From Thainema sp. (GTDB taxonomy: Bacteria; Cyanobacteriota; Cyanobacteriia; Phormidesmidales; Phormidesmidaceae), in assembly GCA_052168235.1 (NCBI GenBank), contig JBQLZK010000029.1, forward strand, positions 1 to 64,000: a stretch of 64,000 nucleotides of DNA, given 5' to 3'. Each line of letters starts with the position of its first letter. Position 1 is the stretch's first letter. Position numbers and translations under genes: made by a program. Below are positions 35,400-46,413 of this stretch, piece by piece. Below the pieces are notes generated by a model. The model worked only from the letters and a program-made list of their open reading frames with translations. It was not told where the DNA came from and ran no database searches.

Positions 35400-35960
35400 T
35401 TACTTCTGCAGATCGCTATTTTCCAGAACGTAGGTCGGCAGGCCATCAATGCTAGTTTGGTTCTTGTTTTTCCAGTATTGCTGAATGCCAGAATCGCCCT
35501 TTTTCTCTGCCCACTCAACCAAGGTTTCGCGCTCCTGCTGAAACTCATAAAGCGGCACACCATAGCCACAGGAGGTCTGAGCCGACTCAACATTCTGCAC
35601 GATGATCTGCCGAATGCCAGGCACCTGTTCAAAGTGCTGTAGCATCTCGTCCCAATCGGGACTGCTTGGCGAAACGACGCGACCCGTGCCATACAATCTC
35701 AGAATCAGCGGCTTTTTGGTAAAGCTACAAAACATAATCGTCAGCCGCCCATTTTCATGTAGATGGGCCGCCGTTTCATTGCCGCTGCCCGTCAAATCCA
35801 GATAGGCCACCGTCTGACTGTCCAAGCAGCGAAAGGTATTAATGCCTTTCGGCGACAAGTTAATCCGACCATCGCGAGGTGCTGTGGCCGTGAAAAACAT
35901 ATGCTGCTTGGCAATAAACTTTTGCAGGTCGGAATTGAGTTCGGTGTAAAACTTTGCCAT
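35400..35960 (-). CDS. Pyridoxamine 5'-phosphate oxidase-like FMN-binding protein
   Basis: FFTATA..INLSPKG, YLDLTGSGNETAAHL, QTSCGYGVP, SIDGLP. Confidence 0.9.
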   Translation of the reverse strand: MAKFYTELNSDLQKFIAKQHMFFTATAPRDGRINLSPKGINTFRCLDSQTVAYLDLTGSGNETAAHLHENGRLTIMFCSFTKKPLILRLYGTGRVVSPSSPDWDEMLQHFEQVPGIRQIIVQNVESAQTSCGYGVPLYEFQQERETLVEWAEKKGDSGIQQYWKNKNQTSIDGLPTYVLENSDLQK

Positions 35961-36085
35961 TGGGTTGAAACGTGTCGTACGAGCAGGATGACGGCTTGAA
36001 GCTCGTCAATTATAGCGTTCACTTCCGGTAACGAAACCTACTCCTACCGAAGCCTGTCCCAATGTGTCTGCTCCTCGGCAACCTC

Positions 36086-36427
36086 TTAAAGATAGTCACG
36101 CAGAAAATCAAGCGGCTCGTCTTCCCAGCAGGGTTCCGGCCAGCGAATCAGGAGGTTCCGAATCACATCCGCTTCAATTTCCTGAATGTGCTCGTGGTCA
36201 AAATAGTCTGATAGCGCCTCTATATCGCGCTCCCTCAGCGGCATCAATGGAGCCGCATGCTCGAGTTCATAGGATTTGGGTAGCCAAGATTGCGATCGCA
36301 ATTCTGTCTCCTGGCGTGCCCAGGACACCGATGATTGAGATCGTTTCTTTGTTGCAGCTTGAGTACTGAATTCAATCAGCTCTTGAACGAAAGTGTCTTG
36401 TTCCTCGTGAACAGAGGGAGGATACAT
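36086..36427 (-). CDS. Hypothetical protein
   Basis: Acidic ORF ending WPEPCWEDEPLDFLRDYL; GGAG precedes ATG 36427. Confidence 0.6.
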   Translation of the reverse strand: MYPPSVHEEQDTFVQELIEFSTQAATKKRSQSSVSWARQETELRSQSWLPKSYELEHAAPLMPLRERDIEALSDYFDHEHIQEIEADVIRNLLIRWPEPCWEDEPLDFLRDYL

Positions 36428-37052
36428 AGAATACGCTCCACGGGTAGAAACTGCATTCAACTCACGGTAGAACCAAGACCAAACAGGCGTACCCTGTCCA
36501 TCACAGGTTTATTCCTAAGTTGATGGGTTGCCAACCTAGACAACTCCAAGCGTGAAGTTGCCCAAAGAGAACCACTGTTAAGCAGCTCTGGTGGGCTGAG
36601 TTCAAGACCCACTCTATTTATTTCAGCCGAATCTCAAGAATTCTAAACTTCGTTTTACTGGTTTTCAGCACTTTGCCGCATTGAGCTAAGCCAAAGTACC
36701 TTCCGTACTCAGCTTTCATACCCAGCTTTATTTAGCTGCAACTCATGCGATAAAAACAGCAAAAACAGTATCAACAGGTTATTGTAGATGCGAAGCCCTA
36801 TGGTGCGTAGACGGAACTACTGAAATTAAAATCAACAGGGATACTAATTTTTCCGTACTTCCACTAGTACTAGCCTAAGTGAATTTCGAAAAAACTGCCA
36901 AATCGTACGTACATAGTCTGGTATTTATTTACTCACATTTAAACTCAAAATGGAAACGGTCATTTTGCCGCCACGATGAGCAAAATGACCGTTTTGAGTT
37001 TTTAAGCTGGCGCTCTATCCTAAGGTTGAGTTAAGGTCAACCGAGTCCGGTG

Positions 37053-37967
37053 TTAGACATTTTGCAACCATTGGCCTGCGATCGCACCTAAAATCACCAC
37101 ACCAAATGCGAGTCGATACCAGACAAACACCCAAGTGCTGTGACGCTGTAGAAACTTAATCAACCATGCGATCGCTAGATAGGACGAAACCAATGCGGCA
37201 ATTAATCCAGCGGCTAGCGGCAGCGGGTCGATAATATTCCAGCCAGTCGTGAACAGTGTCGGTAGTTCAACTAGACCAGCCAGAGTGATGGCTGGAATGC
37301 CGAGCAGGAAGGAAAAGCGTGCCGCTGTGGAGCGTTCCAAGCCAAAGAAAAGTCCTGCTGTCAGCGTGGAACCAGAGCGTGACACTCCCGGCACAATGGC
37401 TAGAGCCTGCGCTAGACCCACAATGATGCCGTCGCGCATAGTCAACGCCTGAAAGTTGCGCTTACGCTGCCCGACCAATTCGGCTACACCGAGCAGAAGC
37501 GCCATCACGATTGAGGCAACTGCGATCGCGCCCATGCTGCGAATGGGGGATTCATCTAGGTTTGGGACGAGCGCTTTCAGCAACAATCCCAACACCACAA
37601 TCGGCAACGTTCCCAGCAGGATGCCTAAACCCAGACGAAAATCAGTTGATTGATAGTCGCGTTTTGCGATCGCTCTGACCATGCCATTGACGACTTGAGT
37701 CAAGTCTGTCCAGAAATACCAGAGAATAGCAGCAATACTGCCGAGCTGCATCACCGCAGTGAGCGCCACGCCCGGATCTCCCCAGCCCAGCAAAACCGGA
37801 ACCGCCTTAATGTGCGCTGTACTGCTAATGGGCAAGAATTCGGTTAGTCCCTGAACTAAGCCAATCACAATGGCCTGAAACATGGTAATTTCTCCGGCAG
37901 CTTGCTCAGCAGCCTGACCCACTTCAGCAACCATACCTGCCATTGGCATGAAATACATGAATTCCAT
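37053..37967 (-). CDS. uppP: Undecaprenyl-diphosphate phosphatase
   Basis: VQGLTEFLPISSTAH, PGVSRSGST, AARFSFLLGIP; start codon uncertain. Confidence 0.96.
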   Translation of the reverse strand: MEFMYFMPMAGMVAEVGQAAEQAAGEITMFQAIVIGLVQGLTEFLPISSTAHIKAVPVLLGWGDPGVALTAVMQLGSIAAILWYFWTDLTQVVNGMVRAIAKRDYQSTDFRLGLGILLGTLPIVVLGLLLKALVPNLDESPIRSMGAIAVASIVMALLLGVAELVGQRKRNFQALTMRDGIIVGLAQALAIVPGVSRSGSTLTAGLFFGLERSTAARFSFLLGIPAITLAGLVELPTLFTTGWNIIDPLPLAAGLIAALVSSYLAIAWLIKFLQRHSTWVFVWYRLAFGVVILGAIAGQWLQNV

Positions 37968-38511
37968 CCGTTTGAACCGTCCGCCAGACTAAACAATAAC
38001 CAACTTGAGCATGAATCTACCGCTCGATCGTTTCTCTCGGCACTCAGCATCGTAAGCAATCTAAGCCATCATAGCTGCACTGACACAATGCCCCAAGTGT
38101 GCCAGAAAACATCAGATGTACCCTTTATGCTTCCTATGTCGAAGGAACTAAAGCTTTAAAGAAACTTAAAATCCAGGATCAGCTCAGCGCAACAGCCCAT
38201 TGGCAGCACTTACAAGCGACTCATTTAGAGCTAGATGAGCTGAACAGTATATACAAAGGCTATTTTCGGTAGTTTCAGTCGTATTGATGCGCCGATGTCG
38301 TTTACAGATTGCAATAAGCTACCTGATCGCTACCTTCATCCTGAAAATACCTTTAGGCCGATAGATGAGACAGCCCAAAGATTAGGCATATCTAGGGATT
38401 GAGCATTGTATAGATTCGCGCCATAATTCCTCCTTAGGGATACCCCCCTGGGGGATATGTCTGTGCTATATTGTTACAAATCATGAACCAAATTTAATCT
38501 TAAATCTTAAA

Positions 38512-39234
38512 TTGTCTTCCTACTCACGCCAAACCTCAATCGATTACTCGGCTCGCCTGGGCAACTGGGCACTAGAGCTTGCTAGCCGCTTTGGCCTCAG
38601 TCAAAGCGTTCGAGTTTTTGCTGCTGCCAGTTTTTTGGTCACAGTGCCTGTATTTATCCAAGCCCCGCTGGTGCGGACATCACCTTGGATTAGCGTTATT
38701 TTCACCGGGATTTGGATCGGACTCAGCCTTGCATTTCTCAATCGCCCGTTGCAACGAACCTGGGGAGATCTGCTGCTGGGATTTGCTTGGACGTGGCTAG
38801 CAGGCTCGATCTATTGGGGCTGGTTGAGATGGGAACCGACGCTACATCTGCCGATTGAGGCGATTGGTTTACCATTTGCGCTTTGGGGCATCGGACAGCC
38901 TCGGTTGAAAGTAGGCAGTTACTTTTATCTGGGGTCGCTATTTGGCACTACGCTAACCGACATTTATTTCTACATTGTTAATGTCATTCCCCAATGGCGA
39001 CAGCTCATGCAGGTGGAACCGAATATGGTGCAGCCTGTTTTTCAGGATGCACTGGCTAATGTTCATACCCCTTGGGGCATCGGTTGGGCGGCTATTTTAA
39101 TTGGCTTATTGCTCAGCGTGGGTGCGATCGCACTTCAAGGTCACCGTCCCCACTGGTGGGCATTTAGCGGTGCAGTCCTCAGTACAATCTTGGTTGACGG
39201 TTTATTCTGGTTCGCAGCCGTTGCTGCCACATAG
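38512..39234 (+). CDS. DUF3120-like membrane protein
   Basis: FLVTVPVFIQAPLVR, GSIYWGWLRWEPTLHLPIEAIGLP, GAVLSTILVDGLF. Confidence 0.85.
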   Translation: MSSYSRQTSIDYSARLGNWALELASRFGLSQSVRVFAAASFLVTVPVFIQAPLVRTSPWISVIFTGIWIGLSLAFLNRPLQRTWGDLLLGFAWTWLAGSIYWGWLRWEPTLHLPIEAIGLPFALWGIGQPRLKVGSYFYLGSLFGTTLTDIYFYIVNVIPQWRQLMQVEPNMVQPVFQDALANVHTPWGIGWAAILIGLLLSVGAIALQGHRPHWWAFSGAVLSTILVDGLFWFAAVAAT

Positions 39235-39449
39235 CGCCGACTCCTGACAAACCACCTTCAATCTTTGTCTAAAGAGCATAAACTTGTAAGTGAATTAAGT
39301 TAGACGAGCTAGGGGAGTGAAGTTAAGATAGGCGGAAGTATACTGATCTAATCAAATCTAAATCAGGCTTGGATTCCCCTGCATTTTTGGCAGCGGGCCG
39401 ATCAGGATGCATGACAAGGGTTAAGAAAATTGTGGTTTGACGACTAGGC

Positions 39450-40442
39450 GTGACTTCAGCATTCACTCCGCATTTAATTTTGATTACAGAAACCGGCAAA
39501 CGTTATCTAGCGCTTGCCGGTAGTAACTGTTGGACGATTGGGCGTAGTGATGACAACAATTTCGTCCTGCCCGACCGCTGGATTTCTCGCAACCACGCCA
39601 TGCTTCAATGCATGGAAAACGGAGATTTCTACCTGATTGATCTGGGCAGTCGAAACGGTTCGTTTATCAATGGGCGTCGGGTGAGCGTTCCGGTTGTTTT
39701 ACGCAACGGCGATCACTTAACCTTTGGCCAAACTGAACTTGAGTTTTACTGCCCTGCTCTACCAACGGATACAAATACAGTCGCAGATGACAGCAGCTCT
39801 CAGGATTTCACTGCGACCGCTTCTCTGCACGTGCGCCGTTTAATTTCAGTCATGGTGATTGATATTCGCGGCTTCACCATCATGACGCGCCAGCTAGATG
39901 AGAAAGTCCTCAGTGAAGTGATTGGCACCTGGTTCCGGCGCGCTGGAGACATTATTCGCGAATACGGCAGTTGGGTCGATAAATACATCGGCGATGCCGT
40001 GATGGCGGTGTGGATTCATGGCCCCCAAGGCGTCAGCCAAGATGAAGCGATTCGAATTATGCGAGCCATCAGCGCCCTGCACAAGATGACCAGTCAGCTG
40101 CATCGGATGTATCCGCTCCCCGCTCCCATCCGCATTGGAGCAGGGCTCAATACCGGCTACGCTATGGTGGGCAATACGGGCAGCGGTGATCGGCCTGACT
40201 ATACGGCTTTGGGCGATACCGTCAATGCCGCCTTCCGCCTAGAAACCTCAACCAAGCAACTGGGGTTAGACATTGCGATCGGAGAAACATTTTACGAAAA
40301 CCTAACTCGCATAGAAGGGGTTGACGAAGCGTTCTTTCCTGCTTATATCGTCAATATGAAGGGGTATGATACCCCTATGTCTACGCGGGCGGGCACCTTT
40401 GAAGATCTCGATAAGTTTCTGTCGGTGCTTGACCAAACCTAA
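39450..40442 (+). CDS. FHA domain plus class III adenylate cyclase (CyaD/Cya1-like)
   Basis: FHA: IGR..ISRNHA..DLGSRNGSFING; cyclase: DIRGFT, KYIGDAVM, DYTALGDTVNAAFRLE with ATP-specifying K and D. Confidence 0.92.
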   Translation: MTSAFTPHLILITETGKRYLALAGSNCWTIGRSDDNNFVLPDRWISRNHAMLQCMENGDFYLIDLGSRNGSFINGRRVSVPVVLRNGDHLTFGQTELEFYCPALPTDTNTVADDSSSQDFTATASLHVRRLISVMVIDIRGFTIMTRQLDEKVLSEVIGTWFRRAGDIIREYGSWVDKYIGDAVMAVWIHGPQGVSQDEAIRIMRAISALHKMTSQLHRMYPLPAPIRIGAGLNTGYAMVGNTGSGDRPDYTALGDTVNAAFRLETSTKQLGLDIAIGETFYENLTRIEGVDEAFFPAYIVNMKGYDTPMSTRAGTFEDLDKFLSVLDQT

Positions 40443-40716
40443 GCAGAGTGGCTCTTGCTGCCACTGGCAGTCAGTGAATATGACGAGCTGACAACTTAAA
40501 ACCTCAAACTCCGGGAAAAGCCTTGTAAAATCCGCTCCCTCAGGGGTCAAGGGCTCTACCTGCATTTCGGACAGCGATTTGTTCAACAAAGAATTCACGC
40601 CTGATCCCGTAAAAGTCTGCTGTTTTGACAAGCGAAAATGGTAGTCTCTTATTTAATGCTGTGTATAGATGCATCTAAAAATCTGTTTTTTGATTGTTTT
40701 GGGAGGTATGGTGCCA

Positions 40717-41148
40717 ATGAAACGATTCATGGGCCTGTTTGCAGCGTTGAGCCTAATTTTCGGAAGTCTGACCTGGCTAGGATTGCCCCAACCAGCCGCT
40801 GCTGCGGGACTCAATGATGTCATGTTCCAAGCTGCGCCGACGATCTTGGCGGAAGTCGCTCGCAATACGGCGGAGGAAAAACTCACTAACCCGTTTGGAA
40901 CGAAGGTTGACATAAACAATTCAAACGTGCGGGCATTTACTAAGTTTCCAGGTATGTATCCCAACATAGCTGGCAAAATTGTTCGAAATGCTCCTTATGC
41001 AAAGGTTGAAGACGTTCTTGATATTCCTGGATTGAGCGATCGCGAAAAAGAGATTATTCAAATGCACATTGATAGTCTACTCGTCACCGACCCAGAAACC
41101 TCTTTGGTTGAGGGCGGAGATCGCTTTAACAACGGAATTTACAAGTAA
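40717..41148 (+). CDS. psbU: Photosystem II 12 kDa extrinsic protein
   Basis: Signal peptide, KVDINNSNVRAF..PGMYPNIAGKIV, GDRFNNGIYK. Confidence 0.96.
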   Translation: MKRFMGLFAALSLIFGSLTWLGLPQPAAAAGLNDVMFQAAPTILAEVARNTAEEKLTNPFGTKVDINNSNVRAFTKFPGMYPNIAGKIVRNAPYAKVEDVLDIPGLSDREKEIIQMHIDSLLVTDPETSLVEGGDRFNNGIYK

Positions 41149-41342
41149 AGTTCCATTAAAATCTGCAAGCCTGTAATCTCAGATATGGAGAGCAATCACA
41201 GGAGCTAAATCCTTCCACGTTACGCTTGGGCGTTCAACAACGGACTCCTTGAGGTCTCAGATGGATTTAGATCAGCGCTCTATACTCGGTTTACAGGCTT
41301 TTTGTTTTAAAGACTTTCACTGCTCTACACTGCTATTGTCTT

Positions 41343-43046
41343 TTGGCTAACCTTTCCCCCGCTGACTTGAATTTCGAATCGTTTCCACCGCTTCCTGTAC
41401 AGTTTGACGTTTTGATCGTGGGAGGTGGAGCGGCGGGGTTATACGCGGCGCTGTGCTTACCAGATACGCTACAGGTAGGACTGCTGACCAAAGATACTCT
41501 GTCTCTCTCAGCTAGCGATTGGGCACAAGGCGGAATTGCTGCTGCGATCGCACCCGATGATTCGCCTGTGTTGCACATTGAAGACACGCTTAAGGCGGGA
41601 GCCGGATTGTGCGATCGCGCCGCTGTCGAGTTGCTGGTGGAACAAGCTCCAGCCTGTATTCAATCGCTAGTTGATATGGGCGTCGCCTTTGATCGACACG
41701 GGGGAGATCTAGCCCTGACCCTAGAAGCGGCTCACTCGCGGCGGCGAGTCCTGCATGCGGCAGATATGACTGGACGAGCGGTTGTCTCTCAGCTCACGGC
41801 GGAGGTGCTGAATCGACCCAATATCCGCGTTTTGCCCCAGACGTTCGTGCTGGATCTGTGGCTCAGCGAGGATGGGGCGGAGTGCCAGGGGGTACAGCTT
41901 GTCTTTCAAGACCGGATTACCTGGCTGCGGGCAGGTGCCGTGGTCTTAGCCGCTGGTGGTGGTGGCCAAGTTTATGCCCAAACGACTAATCCCGAATCCA
42001 GTACAGGCGATGGAGTTGCGATCGCATCGCGGGCAGGAGCCTTATTACGAGATCTCGAATTCGTCCAGTTTCACCCAACCGCGCTGACGCTACCGGGCGC
42101 GCCTCATTTCCTGATCAGCGAAGCCGTCCGGGGAGAAGGTGCCCATCTGATTGACCAGACGGGGCTTCGCTTCGCATTTGACTATCACCCCCAAGGCGAA
42201 CTGGCTCCCCGCGACGTAGTCAGCCGCGCCATTTTTCAGCATCTTCAGTCTACGGCTGACCCTGCAACGGCCAACGTCTGGTTAGACCTATCACCCATCC
42301 CCGAGGAAACCATTCAGCGCCGCTTTCCAAATATCATTCGCGTCTGTAAAGCCTGGGGCATTGACGTATTCCACGAACCGATTCCAGTTGCACCTGCGGC
42401 TCACTACTGGATGGGGGGCATCGCCACTGACCTTAATAGCCAAACGACAATTGCAAGTCTCTATGCAGTCGGCGAAACGGCCAGCACAGGAGTACACGGA
42501 GCCAATCGCCTTGCCAGCAATTCTCTACTAGAATGCCTCGTCTTTGGCGCACAGCTCAAATACATTACCCCTCGTCCCATTGAGAGCGGATCGCCTGAAA
42601 CCTCGGTGAGGCAACTGTCTAGCAAGACATTAGGCTTGGAGGCTGAAGATGTCCTCTCCCATGAGCTAAACCAGTTGCGGCAAGAACTCGCAACGCTGAT
42701 GTGGAAGAAGGCTGGCATTTGCCGCAATCAAACTGATTTAGAAACTGCGATCGCGCAAGTCCAAACCTGGCAGCTTGAAATCCAGCAAAGCCCCCTCAGC
42801 CAAGTTCTCAGCCAACTGCCACCGAATACCGACATCCAGTTACCGTCTCTGCAAACGAGCCACGTCATTCGCCAATGGGGAGAACTGCGCAACCTGCTAG
42901 AAATTAGCCTACTCATTCTCAAATGCGCAGCATTCCGGACTGAAAGCCGAGGCGGACACTATCGCATTGACCATCCGCAAAGCCAACCTAACTGGCAAAC
43001 TCACACGCTCATTCAGGATGGCCGTTGTTGCACGCGCGAATCTTAG
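41343..43046 (+). CDS. nadB: L-aspartate oxidase
   Basis: GGGAAG, WAQGGIAA, EAAHSRRRVLH, QFHPT, HGANRLASNSLLE, ESRGGHYR. Confidence 0.96.
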   Translation: MANLSPADLNFESFPPLPVQFDVLIVGGGAAGLYAALCLPDTLQVGLLTKDTLSLSASDWAQGGIAAAIAPDDSPVLHIEDTLKAGAGLCDRAAVELLVEQAPACIQSLVDMGVAFDRHGGDLALTLEAAHSRRRVLHAADMTGRAVVSQLTAEVLNRPNIRVLPQTFVLDLWLSEDGAECQGVQLVFQDRITWLRAGAVVLAAGGGGQVYAQTTNPESSTGDGVAIASRAGALLRDLEFVQFHPTALTLPGAPHFLISEAVRGEGAHLIDQTGLRFAFDYHPQGELAPRDVVSRAIFQHLQSTADPATANVWLDLSPIPEETIQRRFPNIIRVCKAWGIDVFHEPIPVAPAAHYWMGGIATDLNSQTTIASLYAVGETASTGVHGANRLASNSLLECLVFGAQLKYITPRPIESGSPETSVRQLSSKTLGLEAEDVLSHELNQLRQELATLMWKKAGICRNQTDLETAIAQVQTWQLEIQQSPLSQVLSQLPPNTDIQLPSLQTSHVIRQWGELRNLLEISLLILKCAAFRTESRGGHYRIDHPQSQPNWQTHTLIQDGRCCTRES

Positions 43047-43054
43047 CACAGGCA

Positions 43055-43098
43055 AAAAGCTGTAAGAGTGGTGCATATGCACCACTCTTACAGCTTTT
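43055..43098. terminator. Perfect 44-bp palindrome, probable bidirectional terminator
   Basis: AAAAGCTGTAAGAGTGGTGCAT/ATGCACCACTCTTACAGCTTTT between convergent nadB and the 43138 ORF. Confidence 0.75.
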
Positions 43099-43137
43099 CA
43101 AAGAAAACTTAATATTGGGGATTAGCGATATTGGGGA

Positions 43138-43386
43138 TTAGCGGGTACCTGCACCTGTTGTACCACCACCAGGCTGCCCCGCATCTACAGGAGGATGGCT
43201 ATTCTGAGTAAGCGTTAACTCAGGCACGCTACTGACATCCATAGACGGCAACACATTTGCCGACACTAGACCTTCTTTCGCTAAAGCATATACCGCAGGA
43301 CTAAACATGCACAGAGCTACCAGTGATACGGCACAGCAACTACCTGTTGCGACAAGGCTATGAATAAATTGAGAAAACATATTCAT
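43138..43386 (-). CDS. Small probably secreted protein ending in PGGGTTGAGTR
   Basis: Hydrophobic segment AVSLVALCMFSPAVYA with VYA cleavage-like site, low-complexity linker, Gly-rich C-terminus; terminator immediately downstream. Confidence 0.6.
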   Translation of the reverse strand: MNMFSQFIHSLVATGSCCAVSLVALCMFSPAVYALAKEGLVSANVLPSMDVSSVPELTLTQNSHPPVDAGQPGGGTTGAGTR

Positions 43387-44051
43387 CGTCTTAAGCCCCA
43401 CCAGCCTCTGCGATCTTTACCTCTTTCCCAACAATCGAAATCATAGTGGTTGAGGCAATCTCAACCGCCATTATAGCTAAAAAAATAAAGTTATCCGTAG
43501 ATTTGCGTAAAGTTGTACAACCGCAAGCGATACAACTTTGAGTATTTTTTCTGTGGAATTCAATAACGGACTTAAAGTCCTGCATCTCTGCAGCCATCAA
43601 AGAGAAGAATTTCCCTGGATCTTGGGGGATTGATTTTAGCTTACCCATAGCTTTATCTAAAATCTACGTGAAATCACGAAAATATAAAAAAATGGCGAAG
43701 ATTGCTAAAGTTTTTTATTACATCTTCAAAAGGCTGGATTTGAAACAGCCGCAATTGCACGGATTGACTATCGATGAAATCAATGATAGGCAGTCTCTAC
43801 GCGGTTTATATCATGTGTCACGTCCCTTGAGAGGATGGGTTTTACCCCCTGATCAATAAACACCGATTGGCTGGGTCAATCCTGAAGCTTTTTGCGAATT
43901 GCCTAAAACTGCGCCCCATCAATAAACAGTGTCTACAGTTACCGATTGTTATCTTCGATTGCGATTCGCACGTCCTGCAAGTTTCATAAGATAGAGAGCT
44001 TGTGAATAAATTAGCGATCGCACCAGCTTTACCCACCCATTTCACACATAG

Positions 44052-45074
<1,023 letters not shown>

Positions 45075-45181
45075 TCGATTTTCGATTTTGGATTTTAGAT
45101 TGTGAGAGCAAAGGGGACTGCTGATATTCAGTAGTCCTTTTTGCTTATTGGCGTGATTGCGATCGCACTTGGCTTATCGTT

Positions 45182-45553
45182 CTAATGAAGCTGGATGTCA
45201 AGTTCATGTTGTTGCTGAATGCGATCGCGCCACTGCTGAGCCAGCATCGCCATTTTTTGTCGCTCACTCTCGCTTGCCCACAGCTCTGACCAACTCAGCT
45301 TCCATCGACTCAGCAATCGTTGCAGATCGACTAACTCAGTCGCGAAGGCTACATCTGCTTCTAAATCAATGCTGGGGACAGCCCATTCAATAAAAAACTG
45401 GCTCTCTCTGATTAAGTGTTGAGCAACCGTCTCGTCCGTTCCGCTACGTGCTAGGAGATAAATGCGCGTCAAATTCAAGGCCAAGCTGTCTAACTGAGTT
45501 ACCCGATTCGCCTGTAAATACTGTGCTTTGAGAATATCCCAGTTTATTGCCAT
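45182..45553 (-). CDS. Hypothetical helical protein, coupled to the upstream DUF5674-like gene
   Basis: 123-aa ORF overlapping the upstream gene by 10 bp; ESQFFIEW motif. Confidence 0.75.
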   Translation of the reverse strand: MAINWDILKAQYLQANRVTQLDSLALNLTRIYLLARSGTDETVAQHLIRESQFFIEWAVPSIDLEADVAFATELVDLQRLLSRWKLSWSELWASESERQKMAMLAQQWRDRIQQQHELDIQLH

Positions 45554-45888
45554 TCAACCTTACCCAAAAGAGACTGTACGATTTGGCCGATGTCTTCTCG
45601 CAATGCAGGATCTTTAATTTCCATTGACCGATTGTTTGCACTGGGGCGAATGTTGATGAGTGATTCGTATCCAACCGTTTGCGTAAGTGGATACCAGTCA
45701 GCACCCCAAACATTAGCCTGCTCGCTGCCATCATTCAATAAAACTAACTCGCAATCTGCATGAAGCTCCCCACCTCCAGACAGAATCCGTCGCTCTATAT
45801 CTACCGCCAGTTTAATGTAGATTCCTAGGCTCTCCAACATCTGACGCATTTGCCCAGGTTTCGCACGACTACGGATGATATGAATCAT
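45544..45888 (-). CDS. DUF5674-like protein
   Basis: IKLAVDIERRILSGGGELHADCE..GSEQANVWGA..ESLINIRPSANNRSMEIKD. Confidence 0.8.
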   Translation of the reverse strand: MIHIIRSRAKPGQMRQMLESLGIYIKLAVDIERRILSGGGELHADCELVLLNDGSEQANVWGADWYPLTQTVGYESLINIRPSANNRSMEIKDPALREDIGQIVQSLLGKVEWQ

Positions 45889-45965
45889 TACAATTCAGTT
45901 TTCGGAATGGACTTAAGTATATCGTTTAACACTAAATTATTTGATTTTAATTTTTAGGATTAATT

Positions 45966-46331
45966 ATGGATACATTCTTTTTAGAAACCTCAATAACTGC
46001 TTACGAAAAGGCTATGAATGAACTTGTTAATTCTCCAGAATACCTTATAACTGGAGGCATGGTTGCCGATGTTCTGGATGCTAGAAGTGTCGTTCAAGAT
46101 GCTTTATCATATGAACATAGCAATAGCCGACAGCACTTGCTTGATACCCCATCTGAAAGTCTTTTACAAAAACTCGAACAACTAGACTGTTGTCTAAAAA
46201 AGCAAGTTTCTCGAATCTTAGCTTCTGTTGATCTAGCTTCAATGAGAGAGTCACTGAATACAAGTGAATTTCGAGATCAAATAATAAATGGGTGGTGGTG
46301 GTATTTGGATAGAGAAGGCTTTAACCAATAG
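45966..46331 (+). CDS. Hypothetical AT-rich protein resembling an isolated N-terminal module of larger cyanobacterial proteins
   Basis: VLDARSVVQ..LEQLDCCLK..WWWYLD; visibly more AT-rich than flanking core genes; AGGA RBS. Confidence 0.6.
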   Translation: MDTFFLETSITAYEKAMNELVNSPEYLITGGMVADVLDARSVVQDALSYEHSNSRQHLLDTPSESLLQKLEQLDCCLKKQVSRILASVDLASMRESLNTSEFRDQIINGWWWYLDREGFNQ

Positions 46332-46413
46332 CGCGATCGCACCTCCCGCATAGGATGCATTGATGATAAGCAATGACCTCTTGAGTCAGAATTATTGCGC
46401 GATCTCATCTAAC

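Noticed and set aside
35175..35642. 155-aa plus-strand ORF spanning the AAA gene end
   Set aside because: Overlaps two real genes and a REP element; shadow ORF
43138..43386. PatS/PatX assignment
   Set aside because: Lacks the RG(S/T)GR pentapeptide; ends GAGTR
43391..44045. ORFs 43391-43648, 43668-43859 and 43842-44045
   Set aside because: AT-rich divergent promoter region; translations show no protein-like motifs
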